Source of the DNA: Marsupella aquatica
Taxonomy: Eukaryota; Plantae; Marchantiophyta
Assembly: GCA_973895155.1 (NCBI GenBank)
Contig: OZ316899.1
Coordinates: 7,257,241 to 7,321,240, forward strand
Length of the DNA stretch: 64,000 bases
Reading direction: 5' to 3'
In this document: positions 46,791-58,486 of the stretch, piece by piece
Layout: every line of letters begins with the position of its first letter
How positions within the stretch are numbered: position 1 is the stretch's first letter
Position numbers and translations under genes: made by a program
Notes under the pieces: generated by a model
The model's database searches: none
What the model saw: the letters and a program-made list of their open reading frames with translations, nothing else
Told to the model about the DNA's origin: nothing

Positions 46791-48330
46791 AATCATCCTA
46801 GAAACTAAGTCCTTCCCCCTCATGAACCAAGATAATTTGCTCTGCCCCTTTGATTTCAGGATAGTGTCCATCGCACTCGCGAACTGGATACATCGGAACC
46901 CTTTCAGGGACATTAGTTTGAAGCCATGAATTTCTTCCCTCACCTTTGGAAGTGTCCAAGATGTCGATGACATTGACGTGTGTCACGCCAAAAGATTCAT
47001 CCTTAATTGGATTTTGGCTTAGGCGGCCATAAACTCCGTAAATATTGAGGGTTCGGGCAAGGAGGGATGTGCGGACGGTACTTTATTCCCGTAACTTGAT
47101 ACTAAATGTGCCAAACCATATCCTTACACACATCATAGGTATAATTTGTATTCCGGCGCCGGAACGTACCTTAAGTCGATAGCTAGTTTGACCCTGGCTC
47201 AAGGACTTCTAAGCCTTCGTGCTATCCGCCTTCGATCCAATAATAACCGCTATCCGCAACCAACACCCCATGCCCAGCTCGTATAGCGCGTTCGGCCAAG
47301 CATTCTTTACCCGTACACAAGATTTACAATTGCAACAGTATTCACAACATACAATCTTGATTTACACAAAGGAAATAGTGGGGAACAGACTTTACTTCAG
47401 AATCCGTTTATGCACATACACACGGTTGACTCGACTTCTTCTAAATAACCAGGCCCAACGGCAAAGACGCGTACACTACAATGGAGCCCGGCTCCGCACT
47501 TGCCCAATGAGTTGAGTTGTACCCTCAATCCTTGGAGCTCAATTATGCACAAAGGCTGGGACTCCTCGCACATCCTGCGGATACCCATTTTTGAACCTAA
47601 ACCCCCCCAGGCTGCCTCTACCGGGGGTGCACTAAATACTAAGAGCCGTGGCTAGAAGTGGTCACGTGCTTGAGTTCTAGCCTATGCTAATCCTAGCTAA
47701 ATGCCAGTCTGCTAAATGGTTTGTCGTTACCCTAAGATGCTACGCTAAGGAAAGTTGTCAGAGCCGCTCTAACTAGTTTTGGCGCTCGTCGGTAGTGTCC
47801 TACTTTTGTGGCTAAATCTACGCTACTCTAAACTATTAGCGTCGCCTAATGTCTGGCTCGCTTGCTAGATCCACCCGAGTGGGACTTGGATCGGCCGTCC
47901 TGCTGCTTCCTCAGCTTGTCGACGTCTTGCTTGAGGATCTGGACCTGGCCATGAGAGAATCATTCTCTCTTTACCACATCCATCTCCTTCGTGGCCTCCT
48001 GGCACGCCTCTTCCAACTGCTGACCGTCGCTCGTCAGGTTGATCACCAGTTGGTCTTGTTTAGCTGCTTCTACTTGAAGCCATACCACCGCCGCCTTTAG
48101 GGCATCCACCTTGGCCGTATCCCATTGGGCCCGAACGTCGGCCTTCTCTAGGTCCTTCTGCCAGATTATGGCTTGCCCCTTCAAGCTGTCAATTTGGGCT
48201 GAGAGTCGTAAGATTTTGGCATCTTTTCCGGATCCGGCCTGCTCGACCAAGGCTAACTTGGCTTTGGTGTTGGCAACCTGGGCGAGGGTGGTTGTAAGCT
48301 GAGGACAGAGACGCTCTAACTTGGTATCTT

Positions 48331-51300
48331 CCTGGGAAAATATTTTTTATAATAAAAGGTGAGACCGCGAAAACCCCACGGCCGGGGGGAAGCAAACAGC
48401 CCCATAGATAAATCAGAACAACTCCCTCAGGGAGGCCAGCGGCAAAAGCAAAGGCCAGAATCACAATAAAAAAAAGGGGGGACTAAACCTAGTGGCCCAA
48501 AATGTGAGTGACCCATACATCATGTCAACTTCTAGAGCCCTAGAGCCGGTAAAGCGAGGTATCCCATTCGACCTCTTCCAATAGCTATCACTCCTAGACC
48601 AGCAACGCAGCCACAGAGGTGACTCTGCCAGTACTCCTAGCAAACCACTATCGTCGTTCTAAAGCTATGAGATCCCTAGCCTTAGCCAGTCTGATGCGCC
48701 GCCCACCAATGGGGAGGCACCAGCCCGCAGCCCGCAAGTGAGTCTCGGTTTCCGATAGGACCAGCCCAAAATCAAATACTCGGATCACCTTTTTCTCAAA
48801 AATCTGCTCATTTCGTCCCATCCATAGAGCCCACAGCATTTGATAATGCAGGAAAAGGCAGGCAGATTGGGTGTGTGTTCTGGAATCAGTAGCAACAAGG
48901 AGTTCCAGGCTACCCCAACCCTTGCCAAACAGTTGTCTCAAGGAGCTGGACTCTCCGATTCCCCAACAGAGCATGGCGTGAGCACAGCCAAAGAAAAGGT
49001 GGGGGATGCTTTCAATTCTCCCAGGGCAAACATGGCATATACCTGAGCCTGCACCAATCTTAGCAGCCCAAGATCCCGTGAAGAGACCACCAACTATCAA
49101 GCGCCAAATGAATGTTTTTGCCCTGGAAGACAAATCAGAAGTCCAAATTCGAGTCCAGACAGAATTCCATTCTGTTTCCGATCGCCTGCATCCCCAAATT
49201 CGATTCCATCTCTCAAAGTCAGTGCTTTTGTCCCTCAAGAGTTCGTAAGCTCGCTGGTTGTTAATTCGAAAGGACTTTGAGAAATCCCGAGTGTCAGCCC
49301 AGCGCCACTGCCTAGCACCCGGTTCCAGGTCCAGCCAGCAGGAGTGGCCACGATGGATGACATCCAGTATGAGTGCACACTGTGACTTACATTCTTCAGA
49401 GACACCTCTAAGATAATGCCAGCGACAAGAAAGGTCGATCCATACCCCTGAGCCCCCAGACCAGCAGTCAGCTATTTTCCTGATTCCTAGTCTCCCTAAG
49501 GTCTTTGTGACCTCCTCCAAATCAGTGACCGGCCAGGAGTGGGGCCCGGCGAGACATCGAATAGAGTCCTGAATGCTCCATCTGCCAGGTATACCGTCCA
49601 CACCGGGCACAAAAGAGAGGCCACGCCTTAAGGCCTCCCATGCCATCCACAGGCCCCATGTGTAAGGCATTCCTCCGCTAGCCCGTGGCGAACACATCAG
49701 TAACTTATCCTGGAAAGTGTAATTGTTCCGACGTATCACCTTGTAAAGCCTCCAGCCCATGAGATCAAGGTAGCCTGCAGCAATAGCGACCATTCAGCAG
49801 TGGGGCAATCCAGAGCCTTCATGAACCATTGGGTAAGTAGAGCCTCAGAGTGAGTGCGGAAGTCTTTGAAACCAAGTCCGCCATTTGTTTTAGGCCTTGC
49901 CATCTTCGTCCAGGCCACCAGAGGAGTCTTCTTGTTCCCCTCATGATTATAGCCCCACAGAAAGTCCCTGCAAAGCGCCACCAATTTCTTTGCCAGCCCA
50001 ACAGATGATCGCAAGTGCATCACATGGTAGATAGGGATAGCCAACAAAACCTGTTTAATCAGCAGAGTCCTTCCTGTGAATGAGATCAGTTTGTTAGCCC
50101 AGGAAGCCAATCTCTTAGCGATCTTGTCTAAACAGAATTTGTGAATTTGATCCGCCCCAAGCTCTAGTCCGAATGGCGCCCCAAGATAGATCTGCAGCTC
50201 TCCTGCTTTGCTGATCCTGCATTCAGTTTTGCTTAGCCATTCTGGAATGCGCTCAAGCGCGAATGGTATGATAATCGATTTTTGGAGATTCAGTCTAGCA
50301 CCAGACGCGCACTCATAGCAGGCCAGCGCTGCTTTAGCCTCAGAGAATGCAGTCTCACATGCAGGGATAAACATTCCAACATCGTCTGCAAAGAGTCTGA
50401 AGCAGATAGTACATTGTTCGCTGATCTTGACTCCCTGCACTCTTCCTTCTTTGATCTCTGAATCTAAGAACGTCATTAGCGGTTGGGTGGACAGCACAAA
50501 GAGTAAGGGAGAGAGGGGGCAGCCCTGCCTCACCCCCCTACGCAACACAATTGCCTCTGAGATAAGCCCATTCACAGCCACCCGTGAAGAAGCCGTCGAG
50601 AGCAAAGCTTGAACTAGCTGAATGGTCCAACTATTGAACCCGAGGAGAAGCATTGTTTCCCACAAGTAATCGTGATTTACCCTGTCAAAAGCTTTTTCGA
50701 AGTCTAGCTTCAGAAAGAGTGTCGGACATCTTGTCTTCCGAGCCCATTCGCTAGTGAGCCATGCTACCGATATATTCTCTAAGATGTGACGGCCAGGGAT
50801 GAACCCAGTTTGCTGCTTGTTAATCAACTTAGGGATGACCAGTTGCATCCGGGCAGCCAAAAGCTTAGCAATCAATTTATAAATCGTATTTAGCATGGTC
50901 AGTGGTCTCCAATCTTTCAAGAATCTTTTGTCCTCTTTCTTGGGTATCAGCTTGATAATGCCCAGCTTGATGCTTGCCGCTAGCTTGCCTGTTAACCAGT
51001 AGTCTTGTATCATCTCCAGCAAATCCGTGTAAATATAATCCCAGCCTGCCCTGAAGACCTCTGCCGTTAGTCCGTCTGGTCCTGGAGTCTTATCAAGTGG
51101 GAGAGACCAAAGTCCATCTTTAACCTCTTTTACCGATGGGATTTCTTCCATCATGCGAATCTCAGCTGCAGTAAGAGAGTGTCTTGTTTTCTCCAGCAGC
51201 CGCTTCTGAGCAGCCAAACAATCCTGGTGTTCCGAGTAAGAAAGTGACTCAGGGGAGTATAGATTGTTGCAGTGCTTTTCCACTTCTCTCATTATCAGCG

Positions 51301-53184
51301 CTGGGTCCACTATGGTCAAGTCATCCTCCCTTTGCAGGAAGGACATCTTCTCTCGGTCTCGTTTGGCTTTAATCGTAGCGAAATAGAATTTAGTGCTTTC
51401 TTCCCCTTCTCCAAGCCATTTAATTCGTGCCAATCTTCTGCCTAGCATCGCTTCCTCCATTTCAGCCAGGTGAAGCTGATCTTCCGCCAGGACGTACTCC
51501 GTCACTGTTTCCTCAGAGTTAAATTCTTCTAACGTCTCCTTCAGATTCCGTAGTTGGGCTCTTAAGAAGTTCATTTCTTCTTCCTTCTTCTTTGGTAGCG
51601 CCTGTATTTCCTTGTAAGCCTTCCGTAGTGAGCTGCAAGCTATGGCAAATCTCGCGTGTGGATCCCTAGCATTGTCCTTTCCGGTCCTCCAGGCAGCTTC
51701 GAGCTTCTCCCTGTTTTCCTCTTTTCTCAGTACAGTGGGGTCAGCCTTAAAGAGGTGAACCCGGTCCAACCCTTTGCACTCCCCAGCCTCCTGGAGTCGA
51801 AGTTCCAACAGGATAGGGTCATGATCAGAAAGCGTGGACCCACCATCATGCATGAGGCAGACCGGACCACAGACCCACCAGCCTCCATCGCTAACGTAGA
51901 AGCGATCCAACCTTGATTGCATCAGCTCCTCTCCTCTCCACCTCCTCCATGTGAATAGAGAACCAGACTTTAGCCCTCCGATCTTCATTGCATCCACCAG
52001 ATCAAACCTGGTTGTCAGGAAGCGCCAAAATTCTGATTCCAGCCCCCTAATAAGCGAAGATCCTCCCGTTGAGTCCGCACGATCTTCTGTCATGTTGAAA
52101 TCCCCGCATATAATCCAATACGCCTGAGGTAGAGCCAATTTGAGTTCATGCCATACAGCCGCTCGAGATCTGGCTGAGTTTGGTGCATAAATGTTGGCAA
52201 TTCCAATCGGCCCTTTCTTATGTTCTAGAATTACCCATACAACTCTTCCTAAATCTAAGATTCCCTGATTAAGCACCTTCCACTTCGGGTGAATAGATAG
52301 CGTCGATCCCCCTCTGCCCTCCTCTGGTTCAGACATAAAGTGGTGGTAATCAGGTAGAATTGCTCGAAGTGCTATTTCTAATCTAAAGCTATCTGTCTTG
52401 ACTTCTTGAAGAGCCAGTGCTCCAAGTGGAGCAGTTAATCCTTTTATCCACTGTTTGACTAGTTGTTTCCTATTTGGTTCACCTAACCCACATACATTCC
52501 ATGAAGCCATTCTCAGCCGGTCCTCCATCTTCTTAGAGCGCAAGGAGGCTCCCAGAATTCAAAGTTAGCGAATAGATACGGGGGCGCCCTCCAGGAGAAG
52601 CACCCCCCCCACCACTCATGGGCGTTGAAGGCCGTGAGGACACAGTATAGCCATTCTTATCAGTGGGTCGAATAGCCAGGTTCTTCAGAGGCGAGGTCCT
52701 CCCTTCCGATCTACCATCCGCAGATCTAGGTCTCTCCTTGTCCCAGCGTCCTTGCTCCCGATCGATCCCTTCCAATTGCTCCTCAGAACCTGCATCCATC
52801 AGATTATCGTGTGAGAACAGGAGAGAACGTTGCTTTTTCCCTTCTAATTTCTCTTTATTAATCTTTTCTCTCTGGGGTTTCCTCATTTCCTGCTTTCGTG
52901 CGCGCGCCTTAGCCTGGCTCCGGAGGATGTATTCGTCATATTCAGACATCTCAATATCTGAGTCCCCGTGATAGGAGAACGCTTCCTCTCCTCCAGCGCT
53001 TGAGTTAGGAGTAGCAGGGATTTGTCCAGACGGCTTTACAGTTCGTCCTAAGGGCACAGGTTCAAAGCTCGATGCTCCCGGGTCAAGTCTTCCCATGGGA
53101 CGACTTACAGTGTTGCTTTCCTTCGAGGCATTCCCTGAGACTTGTAGAGGTGCAATGGACCTGTAGTCTGTTCCCTCGCGAGGG
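48331..53184 (-). mobile_element. L1-clade LINE, 5'-truncated in ORF1
   Basis: 13-bp TSD aacttggtatctt at 48318-48330 and 53185-53197; short A run near the 3' end. Confidence 0.92.
48648..52543 (-). pseudogene. LINE ORF2 (APE endonuclease, RT, zf-RVT) with one frameshift at ~49760
   Basis: SWNVCGL, LQE, GDFN, SRLDRF, SDH, PGPDG, LDFEKAFD, RQGCPLSP, FADD and CHVC..ESIPHLFFGC. Confidence 0.93.
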
Positions 53185-54709
53185 AACTTGGTATCTTGGC
53201 CAAAGGCTTCATTTAAGAGTTTGGTTACCTCATCCTGATATCGCTCAATCTTCACTGTGGCTTTAGCATGAGCCCGTCCTGCCTTCATTGCCGCCACCAG
53301 CTCCTCACTGAAGAAATAGGCCACCTTGCTGGCCATGAACTCCCCCATCTCTTGGCTAATTTGTTGGGAGAAGTCTCCCAGCAGTCCGTTCAAATATGTG
53401 CCCAATGCAAAGAGTTCCAGGTTCACCAAGTTGTGCCCACTCGGGTTCGGGCAAGCGCAGACCTCTACTCAGGAAGAGGCGAGGGTTGTTACGTTCAGCT
53501 TGGAGGCAGGATGGTTAGAGGGGGCAAGGCGCCCAACAAGAGGGTCAACTGGCATTGGTGCGGATGGTACCGCAGTTTCCTCCCATCTAATGGACTCGGG
53601 CTTAGGGCCAACTTCCTCCTGCTCAACGGTCACTACAAGGGCCTGGTCTATCTAGGGTTGCAATTACCGCCAAATCTAGCACCAAAGAAGGTGCCTCAAT
53701 GGCTGGTGGTGGGGCTGGGGTGGGTACTACTGGTGCTAGAGCCCGGGCTTTGGGCTGGGGACGTCATGCTAGCGCCGGAAAGACCCACCGGGACGGGGTG
53801 AGCTCAAGCTCGTTGAGCCGCGGGAGGGTTTGTTGTTCAAAACGGGCGTACCACTCGATAATAATCTCAATGTGGCTTGCAAGGTACGCCTTCCCACCAA
53901 GATACAAGGTCTTTCTTTGTCGGTCCACCTCCTCGTGGAACTTCTTGACAAAGAAGGAAACCCAATTTCTAGGCCGATCGTTCTCGACCTGGATCACCTG
54001 AGCGGCAGATATCTCTCCCCGCGGCTCCATCATGTGGAGGGCATAACATCGAAACTCCAACCGCTCCGCAATCTATGGGATGAGGCATGTCCTCATCAGG
54101 AATCCGTTGTCCACCAAACCCTTAGGCAGGAAGCTCGAGGATTGGTACTTTGCTCCCTTGCCACCTAGGGCCCGTGACTCCACCCGTATTTGATCCTCGG
54201 GTAGGCCAAAAATGAGCTTAAGCCGCTCCTCATTTAAAGACATTACCCGTCCATGCGCACGGGTCTGTTGGCAGGCCTCGTCAAAGTTTTGGATGAACTC
54301 CATCATGTCTTGCCCGTAGTACTTGCAAGTGTTCCAAGGGAGGGCGGCGAGGTGTTCAAACCCCTGGGTCTTCAGGTATGCTACATGCTTTGGATGGAGG
54401 ATTTTCTTGTGAACATTCTCCCCCATGCAATGCATGGTCAACTTGGCCACAGCGATGATGGCCACGGATAAACCGGATACTGCAACCAACTCCTTCCTCT
54501 CCCTTCCCCGAGAGTTGTTCCAGGGATGGCTCGTAGAAGAGGACATCTCCCCGTCTTCCCTATCTGGTAGGGGTAGCGCAACCGCAATCAAAACTGGTGT
54601 CGGGGTCACAACGGTCACCGTTGTCGTGGGCATTCTTTGTTTAGTAAGTTCCTCCTAAGTATAGCTTAGTAGTATAGGATAGTAGTTTGAATTCTCGCAT
54701 TATATGTAG

Positions 54710-54942
54710 TCTATAGTGTGCATGCTATAGTGTACGGTCTACAGTGTGCATGCTATAGTGTATGGTCTACAGAGTGCATGCTACAGTACACGGTCTACAG
54801 TATGCATGCTACAATGTATGATCTACAGTGTGCATGCTATAGTGCAAGACCTACAGTGTACATGCTACAGTGGACAATCTACAACATGCATGCTACAGTG
54901 TACAATCTATAGTGTGCATGCTACAGTGTACTACCTATAGTT
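54710..54942. repeat. 28-bp minisatellite (~8 units)
   Basis: gtgtgcatgcta(t/c)agtgtacggtctaca repeated with variation. Confidence 0.92.
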
Positions 54943-54989
54943 GCTCCACTCACGTAACTACAGTACTAGCACACTTACTTGCCTTGGAT

Positions 54990-55460
54990 GTGTGACACAT
55001 GGCTTCCATCCGTGTGCCATGCTTGATCCGTGTGCTTGAGGTGTGAGCACTATAAATAAAGAGGAGAGGGGCTCTCTCCCCTCACTCCCCATCTTTCATC
55101 AACTAAGTTGTGAAGCCTTAAGAATCCATTGGACTTGATGACCTCCTCTATGAATATAACCCTTATGAAGTAGACCCACTCATACACGTTTGCTTAGAGC
55201 TTTGGCTCAGCCAAAGATATTTTGTATGAGTTGGACCTTCAAAAAATGTTATCATTTGATAGGAGATGGTTATTAAGTCCTAAAGAGTTGCAAAGTGCTC
55301 AACAATACCTTAACATCATATGCTCCTTTTGGGTGAAATCTTTATGAAGTAGACCCACGCATGCACGTTGGCTTGGAGCTTAGCTCAATCAGTGGTAATT
55401 TGTATGCGTTGGACCTTCAAATAGTGTTTTCATTCAAAAGATGATAAACTTATTAAGATA
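54990..55460 (+). other. LTR/promoter-like fragment with internal ~179-bp duplication
   Basis: ctataaata at ~55050 followed by a GA/CT tract; ttatgaagtagacccac at ~55163 and ~55342. Confidence 0.4.
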
Positions 55461-55464
55461 AACT

Positions 55465-57395
55465 GGGTGCACCATTGGGGGTGGAGCTGCAGAAGGATCA
55501 TTTACATCGCTTTGTTATGATAAAATTGGTGCACGCTTGTCATCTTGGGCCAACAAGCTACTGTCATTCTCTGGGAGGATCCTCTTGATCAGACACATCT
55601 TACAAGCGATACCCATTTATCATTTTATGTTCTTGAAAGTCTCTGACGGCCTGGCAAGGAAATTGATAGCACTATATCGGGATTTTTTGTGGGGCTACAA
55701 CTCTGAAGGAGGCAGAAGGGTACCTCTGGTCTCTTGGGCTAGAATGGCTAGGCCTAGGATGGATGGGGGCCTAGGGCTGAAAGACTTTTGTTGCCACTCG
55801 GACACTCTTCTCTCTAAATGGTTTACGGGAGCACTGGACTCCCTGGCACGGAATGGATCTGCCTCTTTGCAGAAAATCTGAAATAGGTTAGTTGGATGAA
55901 TTTTAAGTGGATCAGGAGGAATAAATATTCTTTCAAGGATAAAATGTTGCTTTGCTTTCCACGATCATTTAATGGCTTTACATATACTCGAGGATTATGG
56001 AAAGCTTGGATGCAATTAAGACCTCATCTGATCTTTTCCCCAATGGATTTAATGCCTGGCAGGTGGAATGTAATGGATACACTACGCTGCCTTGAGGGCT
56101 TTCAGTCGTGGCCTAATGCGGATTTTACGGCGGTAACAGTGCTCTGTGGACACTTGGGCATACGCAGTATCCAAGATCTTTGGTCAGTTGAGTTGCAAAC
56201 GTGGCGTGATTTGGTTGCACAACTGGCACACATTAGAGGGTTCTCTGCACGTGAGCGAGGCTGTTGCAGTGAGTTTCTAGAGAAGGTTATAGAGATTGAT
56301 GGATGTTGTATGCACTATGTCACTGGAGCTCGATGTTGGCGATGGGCGGATCATCTGGCCCCTATGAATGCCTTTCAAATTACCAACAGGCGGGCTTACT
56401 CTCTACTTAGCCCTACTGTGGAGGATTTTCTTAGTCTGAATTGCACTTGGGGCAGCACAAAATTGGCAGGTGAATGGAAGGCAACCTGGATTGGGCTGTG
56501 GAGATCCGATCTATCCTCACGGGCAAAAACTTTTGTCTGGAGAGTCCTAGCCTCCGGATTATTTACAGGAATCCGAGCAGCCCGCATAGGCAAGGGAGAT
56601 GGATTTTGCAAGCTGTGTAGCGGTGTCACTGAAACCATGCCCCACCTCTTTTCCCAGTGTGTGCATGCCCGCAAATGTTGGGCATTAAGTGCTAGGTGCT
56701 TCCAAGGCACCTTTCCTGATTACTCGAGTAGGATGTTATCCATGCTGGATCTAACACTAGGTAGAGAACACAGAACAGTTGCAAATCTATTCATTTTTTA
56801 CCAGATCCTCTGGTCATTGTGGTTAGGACAGAATGTACATGAGTTTCAGGCGAATGGTTGTAGGAAATTTGATCTTAGATTCCTATTATCAGAGGCAGCC
56901 GATCATGTTACTGCGGTGGGCTTGAGCTTGCCCTGGGCAGGCGGCGCACAAGAATGATGCGTGTTAAAGAGCTTATTAATCAGGAGAGAGTGGTGTGGCT
57001 GCGTAGTCGTCAGGTTTGGATCACGTCTGGCTGAGGTCTTTTTGGATCTCAGGGACGAAGTATATTGTCGCCTTGGTTTCTGGCTGATGGCTCGGGCATT
57101 TGTGTGCAGTGCATAGCTGGTTAGTTTGCCTTGCTCTGTATTGGCCCTTGGAGGGCTTGGGTATAGGAGAGCTGTGTATAGCTGGTTAGTTTGCCTTGAT
57201 AGATATTGGCCCCCTGAATTCTGGGCGTGCATGATATGCTTGGCTTGCTGTTGGCCCCCACTGATTTGGGGCAAACACAATCTGCGTCACTGGCTGTCCT
57301 TCATATTGGACGTGGCTGTTTTTGGTTTTTCGGTGCTGTGGGCTACATCCCCCTGCCACGGGGTCTTTCGTGGTTATAGTAATAAAAGAAAACAA
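55465..57395 (+). mobile_element. 5'-truncated L1-clade LINE (RT C-terminus, zf-RVT, 3'UTR)
   Basis: WANKLLSFSGR, GGLGLKD and CKLC..ETMPHLFSQC; homologous to 48648-50180. Confidence 0.88.
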
Positions 57396-57459
57396 ACTTC
57401 AAGGAAACTTATTAAGATAAACATCTGCATGTATATACTTAGAGTTTTTCCTTGCAACA

Positions 57460-58486
57460 TTTTATAATTTTTAATAATTTTGGCCACGAAAACCCCGTGA
57501 CGGAGGAAACACAAAGAACCATCAAGCAAGGCATTTCAGCCCCAAGAGACACACAGAAAAGCCAATCGCATCCATGCAACCAAAAGCATACCAGAAGGGA
57601 CCTAGAGCAGGCCACAACCCGCCTCAGTCAGGCCGCAGTCCCCATCAGAAAAACCTATCCGCTGTGTCGCCACCCCCTTACTTCCTACCCCAATGTAATC
57701 CATACATCCCTACGTCGCAGCCATTCAATTCTTTCCCTATTAATCATTTCCTTAGCCCGCAAAAGTCACGTTTTCCGGTTACAAGCAGGCAGTGTCAATA
57801 GTATTGCAGAGACATGGTCAACCGCCTCTGAAAGGATGAATCTGAAATCCAACCTTCTGCTCCCACTTGCCTGAAACATGTGCTCATTGCGCCCCAACCA
57901 TAATGCCCAAAGCATCTGAAAGAGCACAATCATCATTACAGTCTTGCCATGGTGCCTTCCAATCGCAAGATCAACAAGTCTCATCAACCCCCCGGGATAA
58001 CCTGCAAATAAACCGCCAAATCCTAGTGAACAGAGAGCCCAGCATTTCTGTGCATGGATATAGTCCATAAATAAATGCGGGATAGTCTCCAGTATCATCG
58101 GGCATAGCTTACACTCTCCATTACCTTTACCTATCTTTACAGCTCTCACACCAATGAACAATCCTAATGCAATAACTCTCCACATAAAGGTTCTGGCACG
58201 CATTGACATGCCTGAACCCCATATTCCAGCCCAACAATCATTCCATTCCCGCTCCGTTTTACTACTCCCCCACGTCCTGTTCAGGCTTGGCTGATCCTCC
58301 ATACAAGGTTGAAGTAATTGATATGCCCTCCTGTTGGGGATCTTAAAGCACTTCAATGAGGCAGGATTGTCAGCCCAAGACCAGCATTGAGGGCCCGGTT
58401 CAAACCCCCACTCACATCGTGGAATTGAGTACACTGCCTCCAAGAATCTTCTACTCAGAATTTGATTCTCAAGTGTGAATCCCCTC
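57460..58486 (-). mobile_element. L1-clade LINE 3' fragment, tail-to-tail with the previous one, interrupted by DNMT-Gypsy copy 2
   Basis: zf-RVT CKLCPMILETIPHLF; same 3' hairpin as the other L1s. Confidence 0.85.

Larger units (their letters stand above)
46981..54633 (-). mobile_element. Family X copy 2 (terminus ..CGTGACA at 46981), split by an L1 at 48331-53184
   Basis: 46981-47650 is homologous to 62520-63210; the coiled-coil ORF reads through the empty site (GQDTKLER); 53764-54633 is homologous to 19340-20109. Confidence 0.8.
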
